A stretch of DNA of 64,000 nt, from assembly GCA_028280605.1 (NCBI GenBank), contig JANQLL010000143.1, positions 4,218 to 68,217 of the forward strand, read 5' to 3'. This document shows positions 18,351 to 28,324 of this stretch, in pieces. Under the pieces are notes generated by a model. That model did not search any database and had not been told where the DNA came from. It saw only the letters and a list, made by a program, of their open reading frames with translations. Numbering within the stretch: the stretch's first letter is position 1; each line of letters begins with the position of its first letter. The DNA comes from Candidatus Gastranaerophilales bacterium. GTDB lineage: Bacteria; Cyanobacteriota; Vampirovibrionia; Gastranaerophilales; JANQFW01. The position numbers and the translations under genes were made by a program.

Positions 18351-18460
18351 TATACTCCCACTAAAATACTTTTCAGATTATTAAATCGAGTTAAAGTTAA
18401 TAAAATAAACTATTCTCTGAAAAGAGTAATTTGAAATTCAATTGATGAGCAGTATAAATA
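18351..18460 (+). repeat. MITE-like dispersed repeat R1 (copy A)
   Basis: tatactcccactaaaatacttttcagattattaaatcgag...agagtaatttgaaattcaattgatgagcagtata has imperfect terminal inverted repeats (tatact..cttttcaga / tctgaaaag..agtata). It recurs at 44601, 42086 (inverted), 41691 and elsewhere. Confidence 0.75.
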
Positions 18461-18504
18461 GATAGGGGGAAAGCTCCCTGAGTCTCCCCAGGGAGCTTAA
18501 AATA

Positions 18505-19383
18505 CTAGCTTAAAATATCAGTAAAAGTACACTTAACTACTCCAAGTTTACGTGCATCATATAATCCTACTCCGAATAATCCTGCACCTTTAAAGGTTAA
18601 ATCTACAGAACTATCAGGTATATAGCTGATGAGCTCAATATCTTTTTGTACTGCAACAGCTAGCGCTTGTTTTTTAACACCAAAGTAACAATAATATGTA
18701 CCACCTGAATTAAAGCAATTATTAGACTCATATAAATCAAACCCCGCTATTTTCTTACCAATTTTACCGTTTTTATAAGTTTCCAATCTGGCTTCTTCAG
18801 TGTAGAATGGTTTACTATCTACCAATAAGTGGGCGTAATATACTGGTGGCGCAACAAAGAACAAGTCTTTCATTGCTAATCTGCCACAACCCAGCTTTTC
18901 TTTTAATTGGCGTTGACATTCAACCAATACTTTCCAAGCATTGCTACTTGATATCGAAATTGGTGATCCAGAAGAGTCGACTGTCATACCAGCTTGGTCA
19001 TATAAAGCTGCTAACTTTTCGTCAATATCGTTAGCAAATGAGTGGTTAGTTTTTTTAGTATATTTTTTAGCCATTTCAGGATCTTTGGCTGCTTGTTTGG
19101 CATCTGTACGTGGTATATAAAAGTGGACTTGACCACCGTGATTGATTTTAATTTTAGTAGTTGCAGCCTGCAATTTTTCTCTGGTATCTAAATCTCCGCC
19201 TGTCCAAGAATTATATGTAATTGATGGTTCGATGAAAACATCCACTTCGTCTCCATATTCTTTGACAGAGTTAGAAAATTCTGTATTAGCTATGTCTCCG
19301 AATACTAAAGATTCATAAATTTGTTCCACAAATGTTGTTTTAAATGTTTGTGGAATAAGTTGTTGAAGAGCCTGTACAGTCAT
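18505..19383 (-). CDS. phage major capsid protein
   Basis: N-terminal QQLIPQTFKTTFVEQIYESLVFGDIAN resembles the common capsid IPE.W...v...L....vf motif; 292 aa; directly follows the scaffold-like gene. Confidence 0.7.
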   Translation of the reverse strand: MTVQALQQLIPQTFKTTFVEQIYESLVFGDIANTEFSNSVKEYGDEVDVFIEPSITYNSWTGGDLDTREKLQAATTKIKINHGGQVHFYIPRTDAKQAAKDPEMAKKYTKKTNHSFANDIDEKLAALYDQAGMTVDSSGSPISISSSNAWKVLVECQRQLKEKLGCGRLAMKDLFFVAPPVYYAHLLVDSKPFYTEEARLETYKNGKIGKKIAGFDLYESNNCFNSGGTYYCYFGVKKQALAVAVQKDIELISYIPDSSVDLTFKGAGLFGVGLYDARKLGVVKCTFTDILS

Positions 19384-19400
19384 AATAAATTCCTTTCTTT

Positions 19401-20378
19401 TTAACTTTTAGCCCATCTGGCAAACTCATCAGAGGAAAGGTTGAGAATATCGTTAATCCCTAAACTTTTGTTAGCTATCGGGTTACTGGAAGAGTCGATG
19501 TCTTTAACAGTTCTGAGTCTTGCTTTTTCCATATCATTTTTTTGATTTAATTTAAGTTCCTCCTGGAATACTTTTCTTTCGTCCAGTCGAACTTTTTTAA
19601 TTAAATTCATAATGACATTGGGATCGTCTGCAGCATCGTTAAAGTACATTTCAAATATTTCATTGTTGATATGGTTTGTAAGGAACTCAGAATTCGATTC
19701 CATAAAGCCTTTCTGAGTATTTTCCAGCTCTTGAGTGTATTCATCATTAATCTGGTTGTTGAGAATTGATATTTTATTGTTTAATCTCATTTGGGCGTCT
19801 GATATTTCTCGAGACAGACTAAGTATAGAGTTGCTATCAAGCCTTGCAACTAAATCATTAATAATATTTTGAGTAGTATGAGTATCATTTTTTAACATTG
19901 CATCATGATAAAGTCTCAATTTTGTATCAATTGCAGGAATATTGAAATGGCGAGCGTATTTTTCAATAATTCTCAATTGTTCCGAATGAAATTCATTTTG
20001 CATTTGTTGAGAATAAATATGTTTTTTAACTTCAAGCTCGTTATTATAGCCGTTTTTAGCTGCAAGTTCTTTAAAATACTCAAGTTCTTTATCTTTTTCT
20101 TCAAATTCTTGTAGTTTTTGAGTTGCAAACTCTGTTTTCTGTTTACCTAAATAGCTTTCTAGCTCTTTATAACCTTTTTCAGCCTCATCTAGGGTTTTGT
20201 ATTTTCCAAAGATCAGTTTTTCATCAAGGTTTTTTATAACATAGTCACTTAAATTTTCACTAGTCTGGTTAGTATCAGGCTCTTTGGATAGTGAGGTATC
20301 CGTATTTACGGGCTCATTCAAAGAGGTATCTGGCACATTATTTTCCAGACTGGTTGAAAGATTAGCATCAAAATCCAT
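19401..20378 (-). CDS. putative scaffolding protein
   Basis: Acidic, highly helical/coiled-coil 325-aa protein immediately upstream of the capsid gene. ATG at 20378 has an AAGGAG RBS. Confidence 0.55.
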   Translation of the reverse strand: MDFDANLSTSLENNVPDTSLNEPVNTDTSLSKEPDTNQTSENLSDYVIKNLDEKLIFGKYKTLDEAEKGYKELESYLGKQKTEFATQKLQEFEEKDKELEYFKELAAKNGYNNELEVKKHIYSQQMQNEFHSEQLRIIEKYARHFNIPAIDTKLRLYHDAMLKNDTHTTQNIINDLVARLDSNSILSLSREISDAQMRLNNKISILNNQINDEYTQELENTQKGFMESNSEFLTNHINNEIFEMYFNDAADDPNVIMNLIKKVRLDERKVFQEELKLNQKNDMEKARLRTVKDIDSSSNPIANKSLGINDILNLSSDEFARWAKS

Positions 20379-20418
20379 AATAATCTCCTTAATTATACTT
20401 ATTACAAGCTTAAATATG

Positions 20419-20455
20419 AAAACTAACACTACAATGATTGAGTAGTGCTAGTTTT
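20419..20455. other. 14-bp hairpin in the scaffold gene 5' leader
   Basis: aaaactaacactac / gtagtgctagtttt (one mismatch), 9-nt loop. Confidence 0.4.
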
Positions 20456-20680
20456 GTTTTGATTTATATATTTGATTTGTTTTACTTCATAATAAAGAAT
20501 TATTTTAATTTTCTATGATAATATTGCATTTTTTATATAATTTTTTATATATCCTTTTAAACTGTTTGTTTGTTAATTAAATTTGAAAATATAAAAGTAA
20601 GTTTTGATTTAATCAATAATTAGATGTGAAATTATGTGTTGATTTTAAGGGAGTTTAAGTTTAGGAGTAAATAAATAAAA

Positions 20681-21124
20681 ATGGGATATTTTGAAGTTTT
20701 TAAAAATGTGAAAGGTTCGCCAAAAATATTATTATTAGTTTTAATACAGTTTATATCTTTGTTGTTAATCTCAGGTATAGGTGTGTTGATCTTATACAAT
20801 GCGCAAAATTCTCTTGAAAAAATTTATAACGATAACTTATTAATCTCAGAACGTTTATACAATTTAAGGATGGAGGTAAAAGACTTACCGAGCAATATAA
20901 CTTATCTAGTAAAATCATCAGGAAGTTCTCAAAAAAGAGAAAAGAAAGCGAGAAATATAGTAAAGCAAAGTCAAGAGAACATTGATAAAAATATCAATCA
21001 ATTATCAAAAATAGATTTTAGTAGTGATCAATCTAAAAGTTTTGACGAGTTAATAAAATTAAAAGAGCAAGTTGATGAAAATTTAAAAAAGATAAATGCT
21101 TTGCTTAAAGCGGAAGGTCATTAA
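20681..21124 (+). CDS. truncated paralogue of the chemoreceptor sensor domain (TM + 4-helix-bundle N-terminus only)
   Basis: 147 aa, alignable by eye to residues about 15-150 of the MCP at 22663 (LL.SE/TQNLY.LR......L......L..SSG.S.K.E.KAR). It lacks the HAMP and signalling domains. Confidence 0.6.
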   Translation: MGYFEVFKNVKGSPKILLLVLIQFISLLLISGIGVLILYNAQNSLEKIYNDNLLISERLYNLRMEVKDLPSNITYLVKSSGSSQKREKKARNIVKQSQENIDKNINQLSKIDFSSDQSKSFDELIKLKEQVDENLKKINALLKAEGH

Positions 21125-21566
21125 ACAGTCGGAATAAATAATTTTTATATGGCATGTATTTAATGTAAAGCTCTATTGATAAGTGTGAAATATTATGAAA
21201 GGCTAATTTGTATTAAAGAATAAGTCTGATATATGTTTTATACTGCGTTTACTTCTGATTTTTTATACCTAATTTTAAAAATATCATTGGGATCAAATAT
21301 GTTAAGTTACATTAAATTATTTGTAATAGGCATATAAAGGAAATATTTTAAAATTAGGTTAATTTTTGTCAAAATAGTTTAAACTTTTTATAAATTGATA
21401 CGATTATTATTATATAGGGATTAAATTTTTTATGAAATTTTGGAGATAGGAATACTTTTAGCTGTGTTTTGTTTTTAAAAAAAAAGATTGCGTAATTTAT
21501 AGAAAAAATATATAATTTAATTTGTGATTTATTGTGATATTTTTGTTTTGAAAAGGAGAGTAATGT

Positions 21567-22562
21567 ATGAGAAAGTTTAGTTGTTTTGTTTTAAGTATCT
21601 TTTTATTCTTATTTGCCTTTTTTATTGTAACTAATATAGAGGTATCTGCAGCTGCGCAAAAAATTGGCATCGTAATGTGGAATAACAAAAGTGGAGCGTA
21701 CTTAAAGCCACTTGCTAAAATAAAAGAAGAATTATTTAAAAAAGGATACACAGAAAGCCAATTAGAAGTGTTTTTTCCACCAGCTGCAGCTAAAAAAGCA
21801 GAGAAAAAGCAATTCTTTCAAAACTTATTCACCAGATTAAATGGTTCAAGTGACTATAAACTAGTTGTTACAAGTGGTACTAACTGTACTAAAATTGGTG
21901 CATCAATAGTTAAAGATAAACCTCTTGTATTTTTTAGTGTAACCGATCCGGTTGCTTCAAAACTAGTAGATTCTTGGGAGTCTTCAGGTAATAACTTAGC
22001 AGGTGTAAGTATTAAAGTTCCAATTAAAACAGTTATGTATACATTTACCCAAGTAGCACCTGATGCAAGTACAATTGGTGTAATTCACAAAAAAGGTGAT
22101 TTCTCAGGTTTACCATATATTGATGAAATCAAAAAATTTGCAACAAACCTTTCAGTAAAATTTATTATCGAAGAAGTTGATGATCATACTCAGTTAAAAC
22201 AAAAAACTAGAGAAATGTTAAGTAAAGTTGATGGGTTTTTCTTACACGGTGAAACAATTATATCAACTTATGGAAAAGACATTGTAGATGTTGCAACTGA
22301 GAATAACAAACCAACCTTAGGATTAAAAAAGTATATAGTAAAAGACTGGGGTTGTACATTAGGTAACGTTGTTGACTTTGAATTGGTTGGTATAAAAGCT
22401 GCAGGTATTATCGATAGAGTATATAAAGGTGCGGATCCTGCAAGTCTTAATGTAGTTCTTTTAAAAGAGTTTCCATTGTTAATTAACCTCAAAAACATTA
22501 AACAAATTGGTTTAGACTTACCCTATGACGCTATAGACTTAGCTGATGAAGTTATTGAATAA
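21567..22562 (+). CDS. periplasmic substrate-binding protein (ABC_sub_bind / BMP-like family)
   Basis: Signal peptide, KIGIVMW start, and FFSVTDPVASKLVDSWESSGNNLAGVS, which matches the family motif FTAVTDPV..GLV.S...PG.NVTGVS. Confidence 0.65.
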   Translation: MRKFSCFVLSIFLFLFAFFIVTNIEVSAAAQKIGIVMWNNKSGAYLKPLAKIKEELFKKGYTESQLEVFFPPAAAKKAEKKQFFQNLFTRLNGSSDYKLVVTSGTNCTKIGASIVKDKPLVFFSVTDPVASKLVDSWESSGNNLAGVSIKVPIKTVMYTFTQVAPDASTIGVIHKKGDFSGLPYIDEIKKFATNLSVKFIIEEVDDHTQLKQKTREMLSKVDGFFLHGETIISTYGKDIVDVATENNKPTLGLKKYIVKDWGCTLGNVVDFELVGIKAAGIIDRVYKGADPASLNVVLLKEFPLLINLKNIKQIGLDLPYDAIDLADEVIE

Positions 22563-22662
22563 TTGATTCAAATTACTATTTATTTTAATCTTTAAAGTTT
22601 TATTTATTGTATACTTACTAAAGATTGAAATCGAGTTTAAAAAGATGAGGTTGTAAATTATA

Positions 22663-24402
22663 ATGAACCCTTTTAATTTTAAGATTTTTTACAATATGAA
22701 TGTTTTCCACAAAATTTTATCAATGGTTGTAATAATGCTTATGTCCCTGATTTTAATCGGGGGCATAAGTGTGATCAGCACTTACAACTCTGGAAACGTT
22801 CTTAGTCAAATATATGAGAATAATCTCTTAAGTACACAAAATTTATATAGTTTAAGGAATGATGCTGATAAACTATCAATCAGTATATCAGATTTAATAA
22901 GGTCTTCAGGTAGGTCTGCAAAAAAAGAAGCAAAAGCCAGAAAATTAATAAGAACCTTTAAACAAAATATAATTGAAAATATTGAAAAATTAAATGATAA
23001 AAAATTAAAAAGTGAACAAGCTAAAAACCTTGAGATTTTACTAGGTATCAAAAAAGACATTGATAATAACTTAATACAGCTAAATAAGCTGCTTAAAGAT
23101 GATGCATCGATTAAAGAAATTTATAATATGGATAAAATCATCAAAGAGCAAATTTCTTCAAAGTTTATTGCACAAGTAGATGTTCTTATTGATAATAATC
23201 AAAAAGAAGCAAAAAGTGTTATAAACCAAAATGTAAGAAATGCTTATTGGCAAGTCTTTGTAATATTTTGCATTTTTATATCATTTACCCTAGTTACTGT
23301 TGCTCTTGGTATAAAATTGTCTACTATGATATCTACGCCACTAAATAAAGTTGACAAAAATATTGATAAACTCTCACAAGGTGATTTAACAATCGCTGAC
23401 ACTGAGATTACATCAAGCGATGAAATAGGAAAAATTACAAAATCAATTAACCTGTTAAAAAATCAATGGCATTTGCTAATAAAAGATATCAAAACAATGT
23501 CAACAGATTTATCTAATAGTTCTAAGGATGTAGTAAGTGCGACCAATTCCTACTACGATGAATTTAAAAAGATCAGAGATAATGTTGATGAGTTAAATAG
23601 TTTGTATAGTACACAACGTAGTGAACTTGATGAAGGTGTTAATTGTATTAATAGCTTAAACAATGTTATTGAACAGATTTCAGAAAGTTCAGACAGTACT
23701 GCAAAATTATCACGCCTCTCTCAAGACAAAATTAACGATGCGTTAAGCGGGATGAGAAAATCAAAAGTAAAAATTGATCAAGTGAAATCAAAAACAGCAA
23801 ATACTTCAAACTCTATCCATGAACTAAGTAAATTTAACTCTGAGATTCAAAAAATTACAGAACTTATTAATAATATTGCAAATAATACAAACTTATTAGC
23901 GCTTAATGCAGCTATTGAGGCAGCAAGAGCAGGTGAAGCCGGTAAAGGTTTTGCTGTAGTAGCTGACGAAATAAACAAGCTGGCTAAGCAATCTTCTGAT
24001 TCTACAACCTTAATTGCAAAAACAATTAAGCAGATACAAGAAAACATAAATGAAGCTGTGGCAGCAATGGACGAAAGCGCTATGGAAGTTGATGCAAGTG
24101 TAGAATTAATCGATATTGTAGATACTTTATTAGTTGAAATTCTAGAGTTCTCACAAAAAAATACAGAAAATATGAACGAAATCGAGAATGTATCCAAGGT
24201 TATGGTTGATAATTCCAGTGAAATGGTAGATAAGCTCGAAAGTATTTCTGCTATTAACGAAGAAGCAATCGCCGGAAATGATATGATATTAGAGGCATCT
24301 AAATCTCAAGCTGAGAATTTAAATGTAATCAAAGATTATCTTAATTTGTTAGGCAAAAATATGGATAATCTTGAAAACGAGACACAAAAATTCAAAACCT
24401 AG
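22663..24402 (+). CDS. methyl-accepting chemotaxis protein
   Basis: Two TM segments, a HAMP region, and the invariant signalling hairpin [31 protein letters not shown]. Confidence 0.9.
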   Translation: MNPFNFKIFYNMNVFHKILSMVVIMLMSLILIGGISVISTYNSGNVLSQIYENNLLSTQNLYSLRNDADKLSISISDLIRSSGRSAKKEAKARKLIRTFKQNIIENIEKLNDKKLKSEQAKNLEILLGIKKDIDNNLIQLNKLLKDDASIKEIYNMDKIIKEQISSKFIAQVDVLIDNNQKEAKSVINQNVRNAYWQVFVIFCIFISFTLVTVALGIKLSTMISTPLNKVDKNIDKLSQGDLTIADTEITSSDEIGKITKSINLLKNQWHLLIKDIKTMSTDLSNSSKDVVSATNSYYDEFKKIRDNVDELNSLYSTQRSELDEGVNCINSLNNVIEQISESSDSTAKLSRLSQDKINDALSGMRKSKVKIDQVKSKTANTSNSIHELSKFNSEIQKITELINNIANNTNLLALNAAIEAARAGEAGKGFAVVADEINKLAKQSSDSTTLIAKTIKQIQENINEAVAAMDESAMEVDASVELIDIVDTLLVEILEFSQKNTENMNEIENVSKVMVDNSSEMVDKLESISAINEEAIAGNDMILEASKSQAENLNVIKDYLNLLGKNMDNLENETQKFKT

Positions 24403-24433
24403 TATCATTGCATTCCATAATTAATTTTTAGAA

Positions 24434-24467
24434 AAATCCCTGCTTGTCTTGACTAAGCGGGGATTTT
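24434..24467. terminator. bidirectional terminator closing both the MCP gene and the cassette array
   Basis: Stem atccctgctt/aagcggggat flanked by an A-run and a T-run. Confidence 0.65.
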
Positions 24468-24837
24468 AGGATTCAGGAGGTTTTATTTTCTGTAAAATTC
24501 TATGCGTCGAATAGTAATATTGCTCATCAAGCACTTGTGTTCGTTCAAGCTCTTCCAATCGTTTTATAAATCTAACATCTTTTATTTTTTGCCTGACGTC
24601 ATCTTTTGTATAATAAGCTGGATCATCTAGTTCATCCCTTGTTTTAGCAAGGCAATCTACCAATTCAATGTGATAATGAAGGTCTTGAATAATATCAAAC
24701 TCAGCATCTGTTATTTCATCCTCTGGAGCATAGTCATCAGTCACACAAAACATTTCATCTGCGTATACACCCATAAATGTATCTATATCATCCTTTTTAC
24801 AGGACTCTAATATTCTTTTAGCTATATCTGTTAACAT
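24466..24837 (-). CDS. array cassette 10, family B small acidic protein
   Basis: MLTDIAKRILESCKKDDIDTF...LEELERTQVLD. ATG at 24837 chosen by analogy with the other B copies. The centre carries the A-type motif AKTRDELDD. Confidence 0.7.
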   Translation of the reverse strand: MLTDIAKRILESCKKDDIDTFMGVYADEMFCVTDDYAPEDEITDAEFDIIQDLHYHIELVDCLAKTRDELDDPAYYTKDDVRQKIKDVRFIKRLEELERTQVLDEQYYYSTHRILQKIKPPES

Positions 24838-24954
24838 ATTGCGCACCCCTTATTATTTATGATCCCAGCTGTTCATTTTACTTGCACTCAACGCTTTACC
24901 TGTTTTCATGCCAGCCTCCTTTCTATTTTTACAATAGTTTATTAGATTGTTTTT

Positions 24955-25281
24955 TTATTCATCAAGTACCTGAGTTCGTTCAAGCTCTCCTAGCTTTTCT
25001 ATTATTCTTTTGTCTTTAACTTCTTCCAGCATTTCATACCTTGTATAAGAGTTTCTTTTATCACTGAGCTCATCTTTAGTTCTAGCATTTACTACACAGA
25101 GATCACCTTCAATGAATATAATTTCCAAGATATCATCTTCAGCTTCAGTTGTTCCAGCAAAATGTGCGTTATATACATATTCTTCTTTGTAAAGGTCAAT
25201 AAATTCCACCAGTGCATCTTCATCTCCATTAATAGCTTTTTTGCCTAGTTCATATAATTCACGTGCTAATTTTGACAACAT
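24955..25281 (-). CDS. array cassette 9, family A small acidic protein
   Basis: MLSKLARELYELGKKA..GDEDAL N-terminus, with a B-type tail LGELERTQVLDE. Confidence 0.7.
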   Translation of the reverse strand: MLSKLARELYELGKKAINGDEDALVEFIDLYKEEYVYNAHFAGTTEAEDDILEIIFIEGDLCVVNARTKDELSDKRNSYTRYEMLEEVKDKRIIEKLGELERTQVLDE

Positions 25282-25399
25282 ATCATACCCACTCCTTGTT
25301 TTTTACGTCTCCAGTTGTTCGTTTTACTTGCATTCAACAGTTTGCCTGTTATCATGCCAGCCTCCTTTCTATTTTACAATGATAATAAAGCTTAGTTAT

Positions 25400-25738
25400 C
25401 TATTTATTCACATCATTTTCATCAATAACCTGTACTTTATCTAGTTCTTCTAGTCGTTCTATTACTCTACGGCCTTGCATTTCTTCTAGGACGTCATATA
25501 TTGTATAGTTATCCTCATCATATAGTTTATCAGGTGTCCTAGCCTGTCGTTCACATGTTTCACCAGCTGTATGTATACTTAATAAAATGTTATATTCATC
25601 CTCTGTCAGGTTAGCATCATTTAAATTATCTACATACTCATCACGATAAAGATCAATAAAATTCAATAGTGCATCTTCATCACCTATTAAAGCTTTTTTA
25701 CCTAATTCATATAATTCACGTGCTAATTTTGATAACAT
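25400..25738 (-). CDS. array cassette 8, family A small acidic protein
   Basis: MLSKLARELYELGKKALIGDEDAL...LEELDKVQVIDENDVNK. Confidence 0.7.
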   Translation of the reverse strand: MLSKLARELYELGKKALIGDEDALLNFIDLYRDEYVDNLNDANLTEDEYNILLSIHTAGETCERQARTPDKLYDEDNYTIYDVLEEMQGRRVIERLEELDKVQVIDENDVNK

Positions 25739-25808
25739 ATCATACCCACTCCTTGTTTTTTACGTCTCCAGTTGTTCGTTTTACCTGCATTCAACAGTTT
25801 GCCTGTTA

Positions 25809-26150
25809 TCATACCAGCCTCCTTTCTACTTTACATTGATTATCATCAAGCACCTGTGTTCGTTCAAGCTCTTCTAGCCGTTCTATAAACCTAACATCTT
25901 TTATTTTTTGCCTAACTTCATCTACTGTATAAAAAGCTGGATCTTCCAATTCCTCTCTGGTACCAGATTGTACCAGTTCAATGTGTTCATGGATGTCTTC
26001 GATAATATCTATTTCAGCATCAGTCATTTCGTCATATGGTGCATAATCATCAGTCACGCATGATATTTCATCTGCATATATACTCATAAATGTATCTATA
26101 TCATCATTTTTACAGGACTCTAATATTTTTTTAGCTATGTATGTTAACAT
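25809..26150 (-). CDS. array cassette 7, family B small acidic protein
   Basis: MLTYIAKKILESCKNDDIDTF...LEELERTQVLDD. The C-terminus reads on into sequence that is the leader in other units. Confidence 0.7.
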   Translation of the reverse strand: MLTYIAKKILESCKNDDIDTFMSIYADEISCVTDDYAPYDEMTDAEIDIIEDIHEHIELVQSGTREELEDPAFYTVDEVRQKIKDVRFIERLEELERTQVLDDNQCKVERRLV

Positions 26151-26253
26151 ATTGCGCCCACTCCTTCGACTCTCGTTTTACTTGCATTCAACAGTTTGCC
26201 TGTTATCATGCCAGCCTCCTTTCTATTTTACAATGATAATAAAGCTTAGTTAT

Positions 26254-26592
26254 CTATTTATTCACATCATCTTCTTCAATGACCTGTACTTTATCAAGCT
26301 CTCCTAGTTGTTCTATTATTTTCCAGGTTTTTAATTCTTCTAGCAGATCATATATTGTATAATTTTCTTCTTCATATAGTTCATCTGGTGTTTTTGCCTG
26401 TCTTTCACAAAGCTCACCTGCTGTATGTACAATAAATAAAATTCTCTTTTCGGCTTTTGTTACGTTGGCATCATTCAATTTATCTACATACTCATCACTA
26501 TAAAGATCAATAAATGCTAATAAAGCATTCTCATCTCCAGTTAGAGCTTTTTTACCTAGTTCATATAATTCTTGTGCTAATTCTGATAACAT
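26254..26592 (-). CDS. array cassette 6, family A small acidic protein
   Basis: MLSELAQELYELGKKALTGDENAL...LGELDKVQVIEEDDVNK. Confidence 0.7.
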   Translation of the reverse strand: MLSELAQELYELGKKALTGDENALLAFIDLYSDEYVDKLNDANVTKAEKRILFIVHTAGELCERQAKTPDELYEEENYTIYDLLEELKTWKIIEQLGELDKVQVIEEDDVNK

Positions 26593-26706
26593 ATCATACC
26601 CACTCCTTGTTTTTTACGTCTCCAGTTGTTCGTTTTACCTGCATTCAACAGTTTGCTTGTTATCATGCCAGCCTCCTTTATATTTTACAGTGATTGTTCA
26701 TTATTT
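26593..26706 (-). promoter_or_regulatory. representative conserved inter-cassette leader (SD + mini-ORF); 9 copies in the array
   Basis: Minus strand reads AAAGGAGGCTGGC-ATG ATA ACA .GC AAA CTG TTG AAT GCA .GT AAA ACG. The same core is in all nine spacers between 24847 and 28445. Confidence 0.6.
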
Positions 26707-27027
26707 TTACTCAACAACTTGTACTTTATCCAATTCTTCTAATTCTTCTATAATTTTACGTTCTTTTATTTCTTCTAATGCCTCATATCTTGTATAAGAC
26801 TCTTCATCATATAGTTCATCTCGTGTTTTTGCATTTAATTCACAAATTTCAATAGTTATATATATATCAAATAAAATGCTATCTTCATCTTCAGTTAACT
26901 TAGCATAATCTAAATTATTTATGTATTCTTGACGATAAAGATCAATAAAGTCAACCAATGAATCTTCATCTCCTGCAATAGCTTTTTTGCCCAACTCATA
27001 TAATTCTTGCGCTAATGTTGACAACAT
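26707..27027 (-). CDS. array cassette 5, family A small acidic protein
   Basis: MLSTLAQELYELGKKAIAGDEDSL...LEELDKVQVVE. Confidence 0.7.
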   Translation of the reverse strand: MLSTLAQELYELGKKAIAGDEDSLVDFIDLYRQEYINNLDYAKLTEDEDSILFDIYITIEICELNAKTRDELYDEESYTRYEALEEIKERKIIEELEELDKVQVVE

Positions 27028-27122
27028 AATATTGAGCTCTTTCCTTCGACTCTCGTTTTACTTGCATTCAACAGTTTGCCTGTTATCATGCCAGCCTCCT
27101 TTCTGTTTTACTAAAGTATTTA

Positions 27123-27434
27123 CTATTTATCAAGCACCTGTGTTCGTTCAAGCTCTTCCAATCGCTCTAAAAATCTAACATCTTTTATTTTTTGCCTAAC
27201 TTCATCTACAGTATAATAAGCTGGGTCATCCAACTCTTCTCTTGTACCAGCTTGAACCAGTTCAATGTATTCATGAATTTCTTCAATAATATCTATTTCA
27301 GCACGAGTCATTTCGTCATGTGGAGCATAATCATCAGTCACACAAAACATTTCTCTTGAGTATACGCATATAAATCTATCTATATCATCGTTCTTACAAG
27401 ATTCTAATATTCTTTTAGCTATGTATGTTAACAT
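27123..27434 (-). CDS. array cassette 4, family B small acidic protein
   Basis: MLTYIAKRILESCKNDDIDRF...LEELERTQVLDK. The internal ATG at 27434 is preferred over the 17-codon extension in the ORF track. Confidence 0.7.
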   Translation of the reverse strand: MLTYIAKRILESCKNDDIDRFICVYSREMFCVTDDYAPHDEMTRAEIDIIEEIHEYIELVQAGTREELDDPAYYTVDEVRQKIKDVRFLERLEELERTQVLDK

Positions 27435-27569
27435 ATTGCGCCACCCCTTATTATTTATGATTCCAGCTGTTAGTTTTACTTGCATTCAACATTTTGCCTG
27501 TTATCATGCCAGCCTCCTTTCTATTTTACAATGATAATAAAGTTTAGTTATCTATTTATTCACATCATC

Positions 27570-27890
27570 TTATTCAATAACCTGTATTTTATCTAGCTCT
27601 TCTAGCTTGTCTATTACTTTCCAAGTTTTCAATTCTTCTAGTACGTCATATATTGTATAACAATCTTCCTCATATAGCTCATCTGGAGTTCTAGCTTGTA
27701 GCTCACATATATCAATACCCGTGTGTATAATTAATAAAATATTGGATTCATCTTTTGTTAAACCTGCATTGCTTAATTTCTCAATATACTCATTACTATA
27801 AAGCATAATAAATTCTACCAGTGCATCTTCATCACCAGCTGTAGCTTTTTTACCTAACTCATATAATTCTTGTGCTAATTCTGACAACAT
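27570..27890 (-). CDS. array cassette 3, family A small acidic protein
   Basis: MLSELAQELYELGKKATAGDEDAL...LEELDKIQVIE. A TAA replaces the GAA that continues as EDDVNK in cassettes 6 and 8. Confidence 0.7.
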   Translation of the reverse strand: MLSELAQELYELGKKATAGDEDALVEFIMLYSNEYIEKLSNAGLTKDESNILLIIHTGIDICELQARTPDELYEEDCYTIYDVLEELKTWKVIDKLEELDKIQVIE

Positions 27891-28003
27891 ATTGCGCCCA
27901 CTCCTTCGACTCTCGTTTTACTTGCATTCAACAGTTCGCCTGTTATCATGCCAGCCTCCTTTCTGTTTTACGCTTTACATTTTACAATGATTGTCAATTA
28001 TTT

Positions 28004-28324
28004 TTACTCAACAACTTGTACTTTATCCAATTCTTCCAGTTTTTCTACTATTTTCCAGGTTTTAATTTCTTCCAATACTTCATCTATAGCATAACAATAT
28101 TCATCATCCAGTTCGTCTCGAGTTTTTGCATCAAGTTCACAGGTGTCACCAGCTGTATATATAGTAAATAAAATTTTCTTTTCGGCTCTAGTAATATCAG
28201 CGTAATCTAAATTTTCTACATATTCCTTACGGTAAAGTATAATAAATTTCATTAAAGCATTTTCATCTCCAGCTAGAGCTTTTTTACCTAATTCATATAA
28301 TTCTTGTGCTAATTCTGATAACAT
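28004..28324 (-). CDS. array cassette 2, family A small acidic protein
   Basis: MLSELAQELYELGKKALAGDENAL...LEELDKVQVVE; internal ATG at 28324 preferred. Confidence 0.7.
   Translation of the reverse strand: MLSELAQELYELGKKALAGDENALMKFIILYRKEYVENLDYADITRAEKKILFTIYTAGDTCELDAKTRDELDDEYCYAIDEVLEEIKTWKIVEKLEELDKVQVVE

Noticed and set aside
21497-21751. Small AT-rich ORFs 21497..21751, 55279..55476, 58600..58800, 58700..58930, 63805..63999 and 44..226
   Set aside because: They are low-complexity Ile/Phe/Leu/Lys-rich translations of intergenic or antisense DNA, without an RBS. Several overlap repeats or real gene starts.
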